Virus record (IMG/VR): IMGVR_UViG_3300020045_008362
Location: 1 to 41,801 of that record
Length of the DNA: 41,801 nt
Strand: one strand, 5' to 3'
Source: a virus
Taxonomy: Duplodnaviria > Caudoviricetes
In this document: piece after piece, positions 27,481 to 36,885 of the stretch
Position numbering within the stretch: the stretch's first letter is position 1
Layout of the letters: every line of letters begins with the position of its first letter
The notes under the pieces: generated by a model
Databases searched by the model: none
What the model was told of the DNA's origin: nothing
What the model saw: only the letters and a program-made list of their open reading frames with translations
Position numbers and translations under genes: made by a program

Positions 27481-27701
27481 TATTCCGTGATTGATTTTAG
27501 TATGCCTATTAATAAGCACGCTACGCAGAAACCTATACAAAAACTATAAAAACTAAATTTAGGAAAATCAGCTTTATAGCCAGAAAACACTATTTTATCG
27601 GCTTCATTTTTACTTATTTCATTACCCTTAAGATCCATGTATTTTCCGCCATGTTTCATATAATATAACGGCCTTCCCGCGTTGTCTTTTATTAAAACCA
27701 T
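27480..27701 (-). CDS. small membrane protein inserted between gpX and gpD
   Basis: 73 aa, C-terminal TM, AT-rich. Confidence 0.55.
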   Translation of the reverse strand: MVLIKDNAGRPLYYMKHGGKYMDLKGNEISKNEADKIVFSGYKADFPKFSFYSFCIGFCVACLLIGILKSITE

Positions 27702-27713
27702 AATATTTTTATT

Positions 27714-27935
27714 TTATCGTTTCCAGGGTGGTAATAAATCGCTATCCAGTTGAACTTCGCCCTGTTCTATAACCGGTATTTTTAATCTGGTTCCTATGGG
27801 CAGTATAGGCAATATTGAAGCCGAAGGGTTAGCTTCTATTATGCCATTTATATTGGTGGCGTCACCGTAAGCCTTAGAAGCTACAGTGTCCCACCTTTCA
27901 CCTTCTTTAGTTATGTATTCTACAAATGAAGCCAT
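27714..27935 (-). CDS. tail protein, P2 gpX-like (LysM-like)
   Basis: YITKEGERWD.VA.KAYGD...IIEANP...LPIGT.L.IP...LPPWKR. Confidence 0.92.
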   Translation of the reverse strand: MASFVEYITKEGERWDTVASKAYGDATNINGIIEANPSASILPILPIGTRLKIPVIEQGEVQLDSDLLPPWKR

Positions 27936-28792
27936 TATTTACGACGGATTATAGAACTGTTACTTATTTTTACATTGGCGGTTTTTGCCGTCAACACAGA
28001 ACCCTGAAGCTGCCTGTTAACAACTTTGAAAGATTCTATATAGGTTATCGGGAATATAGCTTTCATATTTTGTATTTGAGTGTATATTTCCTGCAAAGCA
28101 ACAGGAAGCGTGCCGGCTAAATCCTGTAAATCCTGGGCAGCGCTTAACTGATTTTGCACAGATTGAATATTACCTTCCATGCTATCCAGACTGTTATTTA
28201 TTTTTCCTGAATAGTAATCAAAAGTGTTAGGGTTAGATTCGGCTGCCGCTGTGTACTGGTTTATTTTTACGGCCTGAAGCTGAATTTCATATACATTTTG
28301 CGTTACGCCCATAGCCGGGGACATTCTGGCCGGCAAAACAGTTCTTACATTTGAACTGCGCGCTGAAGTAGCGAACCCGTCTTTTATAGCCTGTCTTTTA
28401 GCGTCCAGTAACGGATCGTCGCTGTAAAATTCCAGAAGCTGAACCGTTAACGTTGCCGCTATTAAGTTTCCCGAAGGATCAGTAAACAGGGTTGTTTTTG
28501 AAAAACTGGGCACAACAAAATTACCAACAACATTACCGTTACCCAGAACAAGCGGTAAAACCTTACGTTCTATGGTAGCCGTCCGCAATTCCTCTATATC
28601 AGCTTCAGGATCCGTAAAACTGGCATGTAAGTACATTTCAAAAGAAATAGTGTCCAGAACGTCGCCTGTGGCTTCCAGGCGTGGTTTCCTGTTTATTCTG
28701 GCGTGTTGTGCATATTCCACGCCGAAAGTTTCTTCTAATGAAGAAAAACCTTTGGGGCCTGTGAATCTTATATTTCCTAATTGTGCATACAT
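27935..28792 (-). CDS. tail tube initiator, P2 gpU-like, with helical C-terminal extension
   Basis: MYAQLG.I.F, YAQHARI..KPRLE.TG..LD.I, LPLVLGNG. Confidence 0.85.
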   Translation of the reverse strand: MYAQLGNIRFTGPKGFSSLEETFGVEYAQHARINRKPRLEATGDVLDTISFEMYLHASFTDPEADIEELRTATIERKVLPLVLGNGNVVGNFVVPSFSKTTLFTDPSGNLIAATLTVQLLEFYSDDPLLDAKRQAIKDGFATSARSSNVRTVLPARMSPAMGVTQNVYEIQLQAVKINQYTAAAESNPNTFDYYSGKINNSLDSMEGNIQSVQNQLSAAQDLQDLAGTLPVALQEIYTQIQNMKAIFPITYIESFKVVNRQLQGSVLTAKTANVKISNSSIIRRK

Positions 28793-28840
28793 GCCGTAAA
28801 TATAAGTATTTTAAAAATACGTTAACGTAGCCTGTAAAAT

Positions 28841-28872
28841 AAAAAACCACGGACAGTAAAGCCGTGGTTTTT
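28841..28872 (-). terminator. intrinsic terminator after the tape measure gene
   Basis: AAAAACCACGG-N10-CCGTGGTTTTTT. Confidence 0.8.
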
Positions 28873-28944
28873 AGCCCCCATAAAATACCGTAAAATTAAT
28901 TTTACAATGCGTATGACTGCAAATATATAAACTTTTTATTAATA

Positions 28945-30816
28945 CTAATACGATAAACGTTGTTTTCTGGCCCAGGCAGCTTCTAATTCACGGATAAGCT
29001 GTGGCGTATATTGCTTTATGGCTGCCAGAATATCCTGCGGATTGCCGGCGCCATGTATTACCGGCGCAAAAGTAACCGTTATACCGCCACCACCGCCACC
29101 GCCGCGCCCTGAACGATTAGGCGAAATACCCTGGGCCATGTTACCGGAAGCACCCACAAGCGCAGGCGAACCTTTTTCAATCCCCTTTTTAGCACCTTCA
29201 GTAATGTTTACGCCGTAATCCATAAAAACTTTGGATGGTGAAGCGATACCCAAAACAGATTTAAACGCCCCGGCTATTTTCTTACCTATATCTTTAACGT
29301 AGCTAAACAGCGCGGTAGCTTTTGATTTTATACCTTCCCAGATACCCATAACGATATTAGAACCTATAAGCAGGAACTGGGCGGGCAGTTTTTTAAGCCA
29401 GTCCCAGAAGCCTATAAATACCTGCTTCACTTTAGCCCATATCTGCGGGAAAAACTGGATAAGTAAAGACCATCCTTTTATCATCCATCCCACAGGCCCC
29501 AACATAAGCCACCCCCATTTTTTTACAAATTCCCAGGCAGCAGCAAAAAAACCTTTTATTTTCTCCCACAGGTTGCGGAAAAACGCCGAAACTTTATCCC
29601 AGTTTTTAACAAGCAATATAACAATAGCTATAAGGGCTATAACAGCGATAATAACCCACGCTATAGGGTTAGCTAACAGGGCAGCATTAAAAGCCCAGGT
29701 AGCAGCAGAAGCGGCCCAGGTAGCGGCTGTTTGCAGGTAGGTAGGTATAAGCAGCGCTTTACTGGCTACGCCTAACAGCCATTTACTGGCCGCGGCTGCT
29801 TTTTCGGCGGCCACAGTATACCATATTACTGCGTTCAGTTTTATTTTTGAAAAAGTTTCGGCGTTTGTAAGTATTAAATACAAGCGTTTCACGGCTAACA
29901 TACCCTGATATACTTTAAGAAGGCCACCAAATAAGAATGCCACGGCTGACACAGCTAAAGACAATAATCCTAAGCCGCCCACTACTTTTATTATTGTAGA
30001 AAGCAATTTGGGGTTATCCTGCGCCCACTTGTTGAACCTGTCGGCGGCCTTGCCTACAGAAGCCATTGTTTTAGCCACGGTAGGCAAAAGCGTTTTACCG
30101 GCGGTTTCGGCCACTTCACTAAATGCCACTTTCATTTTAGCAGCAGACGTAGCGGTGTTGGCGGCCTGTCCTTTTACCTGTTTTTCAACTGCTTTTAGAA
30201 CGTATTCCTGTGCAGCACCAAGCCCGTAAGTAGCCTGTATTTGCTTTATCAAAGGAATATCAGATTTATTAAGTGCGCCGGCTTTGGCCAGGGCCTGCGC
30301 GCCCAGTGCGGGGTTCTGCAAAGCCTTACCTAACTGAACGGCATTACTTGAAGCTTCACCAAAGCCACCGGCTGCCAAATCAAAAGCCGCTTCTGTAGCC
30401 CTGTCAAACACCCCGGACATTCTGGCCGTTTCGTCAGAAACCTTTCTGAAGGAAGCTATTTTGGATTGAACGGCCTGTATTTCTTCGTCTTCTACCCCTA
30501 TTCTGGTCTGCAACTGGCTTGCATAGTTAGCGGCGGCTATTGCGGCTTTGTTGTCCGTTTCGCCCATTGTTTTGAAGGTACTTGAAAGCCGCCTAAATGC
30601 TATTTCTGATTCTTCAGCAGCGTTTACAGAAAGCGCAAGCGGCGCCAATATAGCTAAACCTATAGCGCCAGAAGTACGGCCAACCCCGAAGGCAGAATCC
30701 GCCATACTACCCACTTTCTTCATTTGGTTGTTTATCTTAGTGGTAGCTTCGGAAACAACCCTGGTAGCTTTATCTGTGGCCGACAATATTAAAGCAACTT
30801 CAAAGGCTTTTTTCAT
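28945..30816 (-). CDS. tape measure protein
   Basis: Ala-rich helical; ANPIAWVI..VIAL...KNWDKV and W/F periodic repeats; GIASPSKVF; likely start 30816. Confidence 0.92.
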   Translation of the reverse strand: MKKAFEVALILSATDKATRVVSEATTKINNQMKKVGSMADSAFGVGRTSGAIGLAILAPLALSVNAAEESEIAFRRLSSTFKTMGETDNKAAIAAANYASQLQTRIGVEDEEIQAVQSKIASFRKVSDETARMSGVFDRATEAAFDLAAGGFGEASSNAVQLGKALQNPALGAQALAKAGALNKSDIPLIKQIQATYGLGAAQEYVLKAVEKQVKGQAANTATSAAKMKVAFSEVAETAGKTLLPTVAKTMASVGKAADRFNKWAQDNPKLLSTIIKVVGGLGLLSLAVSAVAFLFGGLLKVYQGMLAVKRLYLILTNAETFSKIKLNAVIWYTVAAEKAAAASKWLLGVASKALLIPTYLQTAATWAASAATWAFNAALLANPIAWVIIAVIALIAIVILLVKNWDKVSAFFRNLWEKIKGFFAAAWEFVKKWGWLMLGPVGWMIKGWSLLIQFFPQIWAKVKQVFIGFWDWLKKLPAQFLLIGSNIVMGIWEGIKSKATALFSYVKDIGKKIAGAFKSVLGIASPSKVFMDYGVNITEGAKKGIEKGSPALVGASGNMAQGISPNRSGRGGGGGGGITVTFAPVIHGAGNPQDILAAIKQYTPQLIRELEAAWARKQRLSY

Positions 30817-30862
30817 TTTATTTTTTATTAAAAAAGCCATACCGACACCGGTACGGCTTTAA

Positions 30863-31012
30863 TTATTCTTCTTCTGTTTTGTTCAAAATGTTATGCAGCT
30901 TTAAAGATTCTACATACCAGTAGTAAATCTCTTTAGCGTCCATTTTTAACACTTTTGAAATACCCCCGCCAGTAAAGTGCGCCAGGAATGCTATGTGTTC
31001 TGGCTTTACTGA
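30863..31012 (-). CDS. tail assembly chaperone -1 frameshift extension (gpE'-like), 49 aa
   Basis: Open -1 frame after A-GTT-TTT-C: SVKPEHIAFLAHFTGGGISKVLKMDAKEIYYWY...; no ATG of its own at the start. Confidence 0.8.
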   Translation of the reverse strand, partial: SVKPEHIAFLAHFTGGGISKVLKMDAKEIYYWYVESLKLHNILNKTEEE

Positions 31013-31311
31013 AAAACTGTGCTAAAATGTTCCATTAGTTTCATGTAGTCGCCGGCAGACATTTCTTCCAGTTCTTCCATAGTAACCATTTTGTCATTTA
31101 CAGAAGTACATACGGAAATTAAAGCAGGAAACATTTTTTCGGCGTCACCGTCCATTAGCCTCTGGGCTTTAATAACGTGCTTTCCTTTGGCAATAATACA
31201 TTTAGCTACAACACCATCAGATAGAACTATTTCAGTAATGTTTGAAGGTTTTTCGTTTAATGTAGCGTCCCTTAAAGCCCTGCTTTTTTGTTGTGAGGGT
31301 GTTTGTCCCAT
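31006..31311 (-). CDS. tail assembly chaperone (P2 gpE/Mu gp41-like)
   Basis: Between tube and tape measure; EELEEMSAGDYMKL. Confidence 0.88.
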   Translation of the reverse strand: MGQTPSQQKSRALRDATLNEKPSNITEIVLSDGVVAKCIIAKGKHVIKAQRLMDGDAEKMFPALISVCTSVNDKMVTMEELEEMSAGDYMKLMEHFSTVFQ

Positions 31312-31340
31312 AATAATAGTGATTTTTAGATTTAATAGTT

Positions 31341-31365
31341 AAAAAACCGCCCTGGGTTGGGCGGC
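31341..31365 (-). terminator. terminator after the tail tube gene
   Basis: GCCGCCCA-ACCC-AGGGCGGTTTTTT. Confidence 0.75.
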
Positions 31366-31369
31366 TGTG

Positions 31370-31891
31370 TTATGCTCCTATGTTAGCCCGGTAAGTAGCG
31401 AATATATCTACACCGTCTACCATGAATATATTAGCCAAAGCGTCAAACTCTATTACAGGCTGCCCGTCAATTTCTAACTTGTAGTAAGTCAGCGTCATTT
31501 TAGAACTGGCTTCTACGTTATCGTGCTGTTTGAAGTTGCCACCCGGAAAGTTCTTAGGCGTGCCGGTAATGTAAGCTACGCAGGGAACTTCAGAATTCAA
31601 ACCTTCGGATCCGTAATTTTCAAGTGAAGAACGAACCTGAAGCTTTAGCGCTTTACGGGGGTCGGCAAACTGTTTCATTACGTCGGCATAGTACGAATTC
31701 CACTTTAAAGTAGCTTCCATTTTATCCACGCCAGAAAACAATTCTACCTTACCTATCATTCCCAATGCCTTGTGTTCGGACATCATGTGGGTAATATCTG
31801 GAAGGTTTATTTCTTCCACTTTACCAAGCTGCGACTGGCCGTCAACGTAAACGTTGGCGTTTGTCAATCTGTTAACTGTTATCCCTGCCAT
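31370..31891 (-). CDS. tail tube protein (P2 FII-like)
   Basis: LTNANVYVDG...G.VEEINLP...YYKLEIDG..V.E.D...N...VDGVD. Confidence 0.92.
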   Translation of the reverse strand: MAGITVNRLTNANVYVDGQSQLGKVEEINLPDITHMMSEHKALGMIGKVELFSGVDKMEATLKWNSYYADVMKQFADPRKALKLQVRSSLENYGSEGLNSEVPCVAYITGTPKNFPGGNFKQHDNVEASSKMTLTYYKLEIDGQPVIEFDALANIFMVDGVDIFATYRANIGA

Positions 31892-33303
31892 TATGCTATC
31901 TGTTCTAATAGGTTAATATCTAAATAAGATTTAAACGTGATACGTTCAGCAGGCGTAGGCACCATGAATACCAGATCAAAGGTAACATGGCCCAGGGCCA
32001 GTTCTTCAGGCGTGTTATCCGCACTGTAAACACAACGCGAACCAGGCAAACAAGCGCCACGGCCTATAAGGGTTCTAAAAAACGAATTTCCTGATTCACG
32101 AACTGCGTCTATAGTGGCCTGGGTTAAAGGCTTATCTATAAATGGCAATATTGCCTGTTCCAAAGATTCGTGAACTATATCCGCAGTCCTGCGAACCGGA
32201 ATAAAGTTCTTAGGATCAGTGTTTGTAGGCCATGCCGCCGAACGGTTGCCCCAGGTGCGCGTTCCTGTGCCAAACCCTGTGAATGTGGTAGTGATACCTT
32301 TTTCATTCAGTAGGTTGGCTTCAGTACTGGCGTCATTTATTGAAGCCGTAACCGGTATTTCTGTACCGTCTATACCAAAAATTTCATGGTTAGAAGGTGA
32401 AACCCAGTAGCCTTCTTCGCGATCCACGCGGGCTATAACGCCGGCCATATATTGGCTATAAGGAACGCTTACGTTTGAATCACTGGCAGCGTCGTAAGCC
32501 TTAAGGTGCGGGTGAAGCAGGTAAGAGCGTTCAGAAGACGTTTTAAAATTAATAGTTGAAGCCGGGCCGCGGCCTGCTATTGCTGCTGCGTGTGAAGTGC
32601 CTAAAGGTGAATCTACAAGGGATATAGCCCTGTATTTGTCTTCTAAAGACCTCAACGCTGTAGATACGGCTACCTGTTCAACAAAAACAGGTGCTATTAA
32701 TATCTTAGGGTAAAAACCAAAAGTATTAAAAATCAATTCCCAGGCCTTCGTTCCTGTTCTGGTGCTTCCGGTGGTTGTTCCTATAACCTGTGAAGAAGTC
32801 ACAGTTCCGAAGTCTAATTTTTTATAGGTAAATTTCAGCACAAGGTCTTCAGCGGCCACAGCAGACAACGCAGTGAAATTTCCAAAGGCGTCCAGTGTGT
32901 AATCTGTATCTTTTACACCTGTCCAGGCGGTAGTTCCGTCGGTAAGGAAAATAGAAACGTTGCCTATTGGCGCAAACCCTAACTTCAGCTTACCTTCAGT
33001 TATGGTTTTAGATTCCAGACTAACGTTAGCTGTGTTGGTTGTGGAATTAAAAACATTCACAACAACAACGGTAGCCGCGCCCTGCTGAAATATAGCGTCC
33101 AACGCCTGCGGTATTGTAAAGCCCGGAAGCATCTGGCCGAATTGGGCTGCGTCAGTAGGTGATAGAACCAAAGTAGGCGTGTTTACCGGTCCCGCCGGTG
33201 ATATGCCTACAAGGGCTATAACGGAAGACTTAACCACCTGGACAGCGCGCGGGCCTTGTTGAACTTCTATAGTTTCAACACCATGTAAATAGTTAACTGG
33301 CAT
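31891..33303 (-). CDS. contractile tail sheath protein (P2 FI-like)
   Basis: YLHGVETIEV, GYWVSPSN, ANLLNEKGITT, WGNRS, FIPVRRT, PAERITF. Confidence 0.95.
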   Translation of the reverse strand: MPVNYLHGVETIEVQQGPRAVQVVKSSVIALVGISPAGPVNTPTLVLSPTDAAQFGQMLPGFTIPQALDAIFQQGAATVVVVNVFNSTTNTANVSLESKTITEGKLKLGFAPIGNVSIFLTDGTTAWTGVKDTDYTLDAFGNFTALSAVAAEDLVLKFTYKKLDFGTVTSSQVIGTTTGSTRTGTKAWELIFNTFGFYPKILIAPVFVEQVAVSTALRSLEDKYRAISLVDSPLGTSHAAAIAGRGPASTINFKTSSERSYLLHPHLKAYDAASDSNVSVPYSQYMAGVIARVDREEGYWVSPSNHEIFGIDGTEIPVTASINDASTEANLLNEKGITTTFTGFGTGTRTWGNRSAAWPTNTDPKNFIPVRRTADIVHESLEQAILPFIDKPLTQATIDAVRESGNSFFRTLIGRGACLPGSRCVYSADNTPEELALGHVTFDLVFMVPTPAERITFKSYLDINLLEQIA

Positions 33304-33315
33304 AGCTTGTTAAAT

Positions 33316-33837
33316 TTAGTTATCTACAGGCAGCGGAACTACTATCGTGTCGCCGTCCGGCCTGTCTATAAGAGTTACTTGTTTTAATAAAATAGATATG
33401 TCTTCAGTGTAGTTTTCTACTGCTAAAGATGTTGTTTTGAATACGGCCTGAAATTGCCAGACGTTGTCTTTTTTTACTGCTTCAGGCGAACCTAACAAAT
33501 GATGTTTTACAGCCTGCATCCTATGGCAGTTAGTTGGCCTAAAGCCCAACAAAGCCTGTTTAAGTACAGCTAATAATCCATAAACGCCATTAGCACCGCG
33601 CAATAAGTTACACTCAATAAGCACAGCAATAAAAACGCTTTCCATTTGGCTTACTTGTGCTGTAGAATTTACGTTTTCATATTCAGAACCCGCATACATA
33701 ACAGTGAATTGCGCTTTTGTCGGTTCTGGTTTTAATCTTTCGTTTTCTACTTCAGGCGTTTTAACAACCCTAACACCTACAGCCGCAAACGGGGCTAACC
33801 GATTAAGTACGTCGTTTTCTAATTGTTCGTAATTCAT
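33316..33837 (-). CDS. tail terminator/completion protein (Mu gp37-like)
   Basis: V.YAGS.Y...Q...LRG..G.Y.LL..L...LLGFRP; position before the sheath gene. Confidence 0.78.
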   Translation of the reverse strand: MNYEQLENDVLNRLAPFAAVGVRVVKTPEVENERLKPEPTKAQFTVMYAGSEYENVNSTAQVSQMESVFIAVLIECNLLRGANGVYGLLAVLKQALLGFRPTNCHRMQAVKHHLLGSPEAVKKDNVWQFQAVFKTTSLAVENYTEDISILLKQVTLIDRPDGDTIVVPLPVDN

Positions 33838-34181
33838 GGTATAGAAGGTTGCATGGTTGCTATATAAGTGTCGCCGTCTGATTTTGTGGTAACTTTTAGA
33901 ACTACGTAATAGCCTTTACCTATCACTTCTACGTATTCAGGATTACCTGCGTCTACGCTTGTTTTTAAGCCCGGAAAACTGCTTACAAAATAATCCATAT
34001 AAGGTTTTTCAGTATCAAAGTCTTCCAGTCCTGCCAGGTATTCTTTTTCCGAAGGGTCTTTAAACCCTACCCTTGCAGTATATGTTTCCCCAGAAGCGCC
34101 GGAAACCCAAACAGCGTCGTAACCAAAAAAATTAGTTATAGTTCTGTGTACGTTGCCTTTTAGCGCATCAAAAGGATTCAT
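33834..34181 (-). CDS. head-tail joining protein
   Basis: Position after capsid decoration gene; MNPFD...FGYDA.W and beta-rich pattern. Confidence 0.7.
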   Translation of the reverse strand: MNPFDALKGNVHRTITNFFGYDAVWVSGASGETYTARVGFKDPSEKEYLAGLEDFDTEKPYMDYFVSSFPGLKTSVDAGNPEYVEVIGKGYYVVLKVTTKSDGDTYIATMQPSIP

Positions 34182-34182
34182 G

Positions 34183-34509
34183 TTATCGGGATAAAAGAAC
34201 GTTTATAACAGTAGCGCCGTCAGCCGCCGCTTCATAGGCCACGCCGGCAAATGTGTTAGATGTTGCGGTACCTGTTATAGCGGATCCGTCAGCTAAAAGA
34301 TATACTTTTTTGCCTACAGCAATAGCACCTGAAGCCACTTTAGGAAACGCATAAACGCCACACATGTTTATAATAGCTGTTTCGCCTTCAAGATATTTGC
34401 CTGAAGAAGCCCCCACGGTGTCGCCTACTGCTACCGGTTCGCCGGAATCATAGCCGCCTACTGGCGCAACCACGGCGATAGTTTCGCCTTTTGCTACAAA
34501 ATTTTTCAT
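34183..34509 (-). CDS. capsid decoration/cement protein (DUF2190-like)
   Basis: MKNFVAKGETI.V.AP....SG..V.VG...GV...PK...G.KVY. Confidence 0.85.
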   Translation of the reverse strand: MKNFVAKGETIAVVAPVGGYDSGEPVAVGDTVGASSGKYLEGETAIINMCGVYAFPKVASGAIAVGKKVYLLADGSAITGTATSNTFAGVAYEAAADGATVINVLLSR

Positions 34510-34540
34510 TTATTATGTTTTTAAACGTGAATTTTTATTT

Positions 34541-34565
34541 AAAAAAGGGCGACCGTAGCCGCCCT
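34541..34565 (-). terminator. terminator after the capsid gene
   Basis: AGGGCG-GCTACGGT-CGCCCTTTTTT. Confidence 0.75.
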
Positions 34566-34585
34566 GGTTATTTTTTATACAGACA

Positions 34586-36601
34586 CTATGCCGGGGCAGC
34601 GCCGTTGTTCCTGAATAAACCGCGCCAGTCTATTGCTTTGGCAGCAAAAACCATACGGGCTTTAACTTCTATACCGTCGATATTGAAGCCTTCGCGCTGA
34701 TCCATAAACAGTTCTTCTTCACCATCCAAAAAGGCGTACTCTACAGTATCTACAGCTTCAGGGCTTGCAGATAAGAACCATTTATAATCCGTTATGCGTG
34801 GATCAACAATGGTAGTCAATCCCCTTACAGCGGCTATAGAAATATCAGACTGCTTATTAGGTGTGTAATTAGCAGAAGTCATTTGTATGGCGGTAAATTC
34901 ATTTTGCGGGCCTACAATAAGGAATTTAGGCGAAACGTTTATAAAGTCCCCTACATCGTCTTTTTGTGTCCTGAACTTCTGGAAAGCCACGTTAAGACTG
35001 GTAGGGCTAAGTGCAGTACCGGTGCTAATGTAGTTACCGTGGTCTACGTGGAACAAAGCTTTATTGTCATACATAACAGGGTTGTCGTTAAGTATGCTGT
35101 AAACAATATCAGATTGCTTAATAGCAGCCTTCGCAGCAAACGCCTGCGGAATTCTGTTAAACGCTGATAAATCGTCGTTTATAATAGCTTCCCAGGTAAT
35201 ACCTATGATCTTACCGAATTTAGCAAGCCTGTAACTAACGCCGTGTTCAGACATTGTACCGTATTTGTATTCCTGACCTTCCTTAACTTCGTCAAGATTG
35301 CCAAAAATACCGGTAAGCGCCACGCGTGTAACAGCCCTGAAGTCGTTTATTGTGGTGCGCCTGGCCCACGCCTGAAAGGTGCGTTCCTGTTGCAGGTACT
35401 GGGCTAAAAGTGTCCTTTGTATGGTGTCACCTAAAAGCAACGGAAAATCCGTAGTGTGGTGAAGCCCCCTTACTTTTTCACCCAAAGCCAGTTTTGCTAT
35501 GTTACGCTGCGACATGCCGTGGGTGCGAACACCCGCACGGATCAAAGATTCTTCAGCCATTCTTAGAAGGGACATACCCTTAAAGTCTGAAGCAGCCCTA
35601 ACGTTTTCTTCGCCCATAGCTGAAGCAGCACCTGGGTTTATCCTTAACAATAAGGCGTTAGACATTGCGGAACGGGTTTTTTCGCTATCCGTGTTCGGCT
35701 GTGCGGCCGACGGATGGGCGTTTACAGGGTTGCCTTTTTCCCATTCAGATAATGCGCGTTCACGGGCCACATTAACGTCTACCTTATCGTCATTGATAAG
35801 TGTTTCCGCGAACGTATCAGGTAGTTTTAAAGACCTGGTTACGCTGCGTATGGTTTCGATTCTTTGGCGTTCTTCAGCACGCGCCAACGAACGAGCCTGA
35901 TCCAATCCTTCCGGTGTCGGTGCAGCCGGTGTTGTTGGTGGCGTTTTTACTTCTTCTGCCATTTCGTTATTATTAGAATTAGAATTATTTTCTTCGGTGT
36001 TTGGATCAGTATTTTCTACCGGCGCTGCCGGGGTTACGTCTTTTACTGTAACGTCGTGTTCTGATTTGTCTTCGGAACGAACACGGCTGTTTATGTCTGC
36101 CTGCACGGGAACAAAAGAAATTTCTGTGGGTTCCCAGTTGACGGCTTTATACGTAGGCAATTCAGAATCTACAGCGGAACGCGTCAGTTCATAGGCGTAC
36201 ACATCGTATCCGGCAGAAACGCCTGTAACTATGCCGTCGGCCACTTTATCCATTAATTCCGTATCGTCTTCTGATTGAGAAAACCTAACCCTGGCGCGGC
36301 AAACTCCATCCGCTACCCATGCGTCTTCTACGACGCCTACAACCATTTTACGGGTGGCGCCATATTTGTTATGGTTATCCAAAACAGGCGCGCCTGACTT
36401 AAGGCGGGTTAAATTAACGTGTGCAGGATCGCACGACAGAACTTCTTTGAACTGTCCTACTTCCCAGTCGTATGAACGAACTGGCGTTTCTGTGGCAAAA
36501 GTAACTTCTACCGTTCTTTTAGCCCTGTCAAAAGTAGCTATATCCAGTTTTGCCCTGGTATATTGCTTATGTACTTTTACTATTTCTTTAGCTTCTGCCA
36601 T
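34586..36601 (-). CDS. prohead protease-major capsid fusion protein
   Basis: GAPVLDNH, VSAGY, WEPTEISFVPVQAD (HK97-type protease); TTDFP.LL, EG.EYKYG, IINDDL, AKAIDWRGL (Mu gpT-like capsid). Confidence 0.93.
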   Translation of the reverse strand: MAEAKEIVKVHKQYTRAKLDIATFDRAKRTVEVTFATETPVRSYDWEVGQFKEVLSCDPAHVNLTRLKSGAPVLDNHNKYGATRKMVVGVVEDAWVADGVCRARVRFSQSEDDTELMDKVADGIVTGVSAGYDVYAYELTRSAVDSELPTYKAVNWEPTEISFVPVQADINSRVRSEDKSEHDVTVKDVTPAAPVENTDPNTEENNSNSNNNEMAEEVKTPPTTPAAPTPEGLDQARSLARAEERQRIETIRSVTRSLKLPDTFAETLINDDKVDVNVARERALSEWEKGNPVNAHPSAAQPNTDSEKTRSAMSNALLLRINPGAASAMGEENVRAASDFKGMSLLRMAEESLIRAGVRTHGMSQRNIAKLALGEKVRGLHHTTDFPLLLGDTIQRTLLAQYLQQERTFQAWARRTTINDFRAVTRVALTGIFGNLDEVKEGQEYKYGTMSEHGVSYRLAKFGKIIGITWEAIINDDLSAFNRIPQAFAAKAAIKQSDIVYSILNDNPVMYDNKALFHVDHGNYISTGTALSPTSLNVAFQKFRTQKDDVGDFINVSPKFLIVGPQNEFTAIQMTSANYTPNKQSDISIAAVRGLTTIVDPRITDYKWFLSASPEAVDTVEYAFLDGEEELFMDQREGFNIDGIEVKARMVFAAKAIDWRGLFRNNGAAPA

Positions 36602-36605
36602 AGGA

Positions 36606-36634
36606 CAAATATACTATTTTTTTGATTTAACAAA
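36606..36634 (-). promoter_or_regulatory. promoter immediately upstream of the capsid ATG
   Basis: TTTG-N17-TATATTTG-TCCT-ATG. Confidence 0.6.
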
Positions 36635-36651
36635 TATTTTAAGCTAATTAT

Positions 36652-36885
36652 TTATAAAGTTGATTGTTCCGCGCCGTTTTCAGTGGGTGTTTCTTCTACT
36701 TTAAGGGTTATAGGTGTCCTGAAACCGCCGGCTTTAGCCCATGCCTGTTCTACAGCTTCAGTCATTTCCGGAAGACCACCCAACGACCTGAAGTGTTCTT
36801 CGTCATTTTTTATAGGGGTTATAGCGCCTGCGCGAACAGCAACCCCGTAACTATCGACTATACGTTTTAATTCTTCGCTGCTACC
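36652..36885 (-). CDS. -1-frame C-terminal extension of the portal (77 aa)
   Basis: GSSEELKRIVDSYGVAVRAGAITP...RTPITLK...STL*, open directly from the G10 tract. Confidence 0.7.
   Translation of the reverse strand, partial: GSSEELKRIVDSYGVAVRAGAITPIKNDEEHFRSLGGLPEMTEAVEQAWAKAGGFRTPITLKVEETPTENGAEQSTL

Noticed and set aside
36664-36870. 68-aa plus-strand ORF between portal and capsid
   Set aside because: Antisense to the more protein-like minus-strand portal extension.
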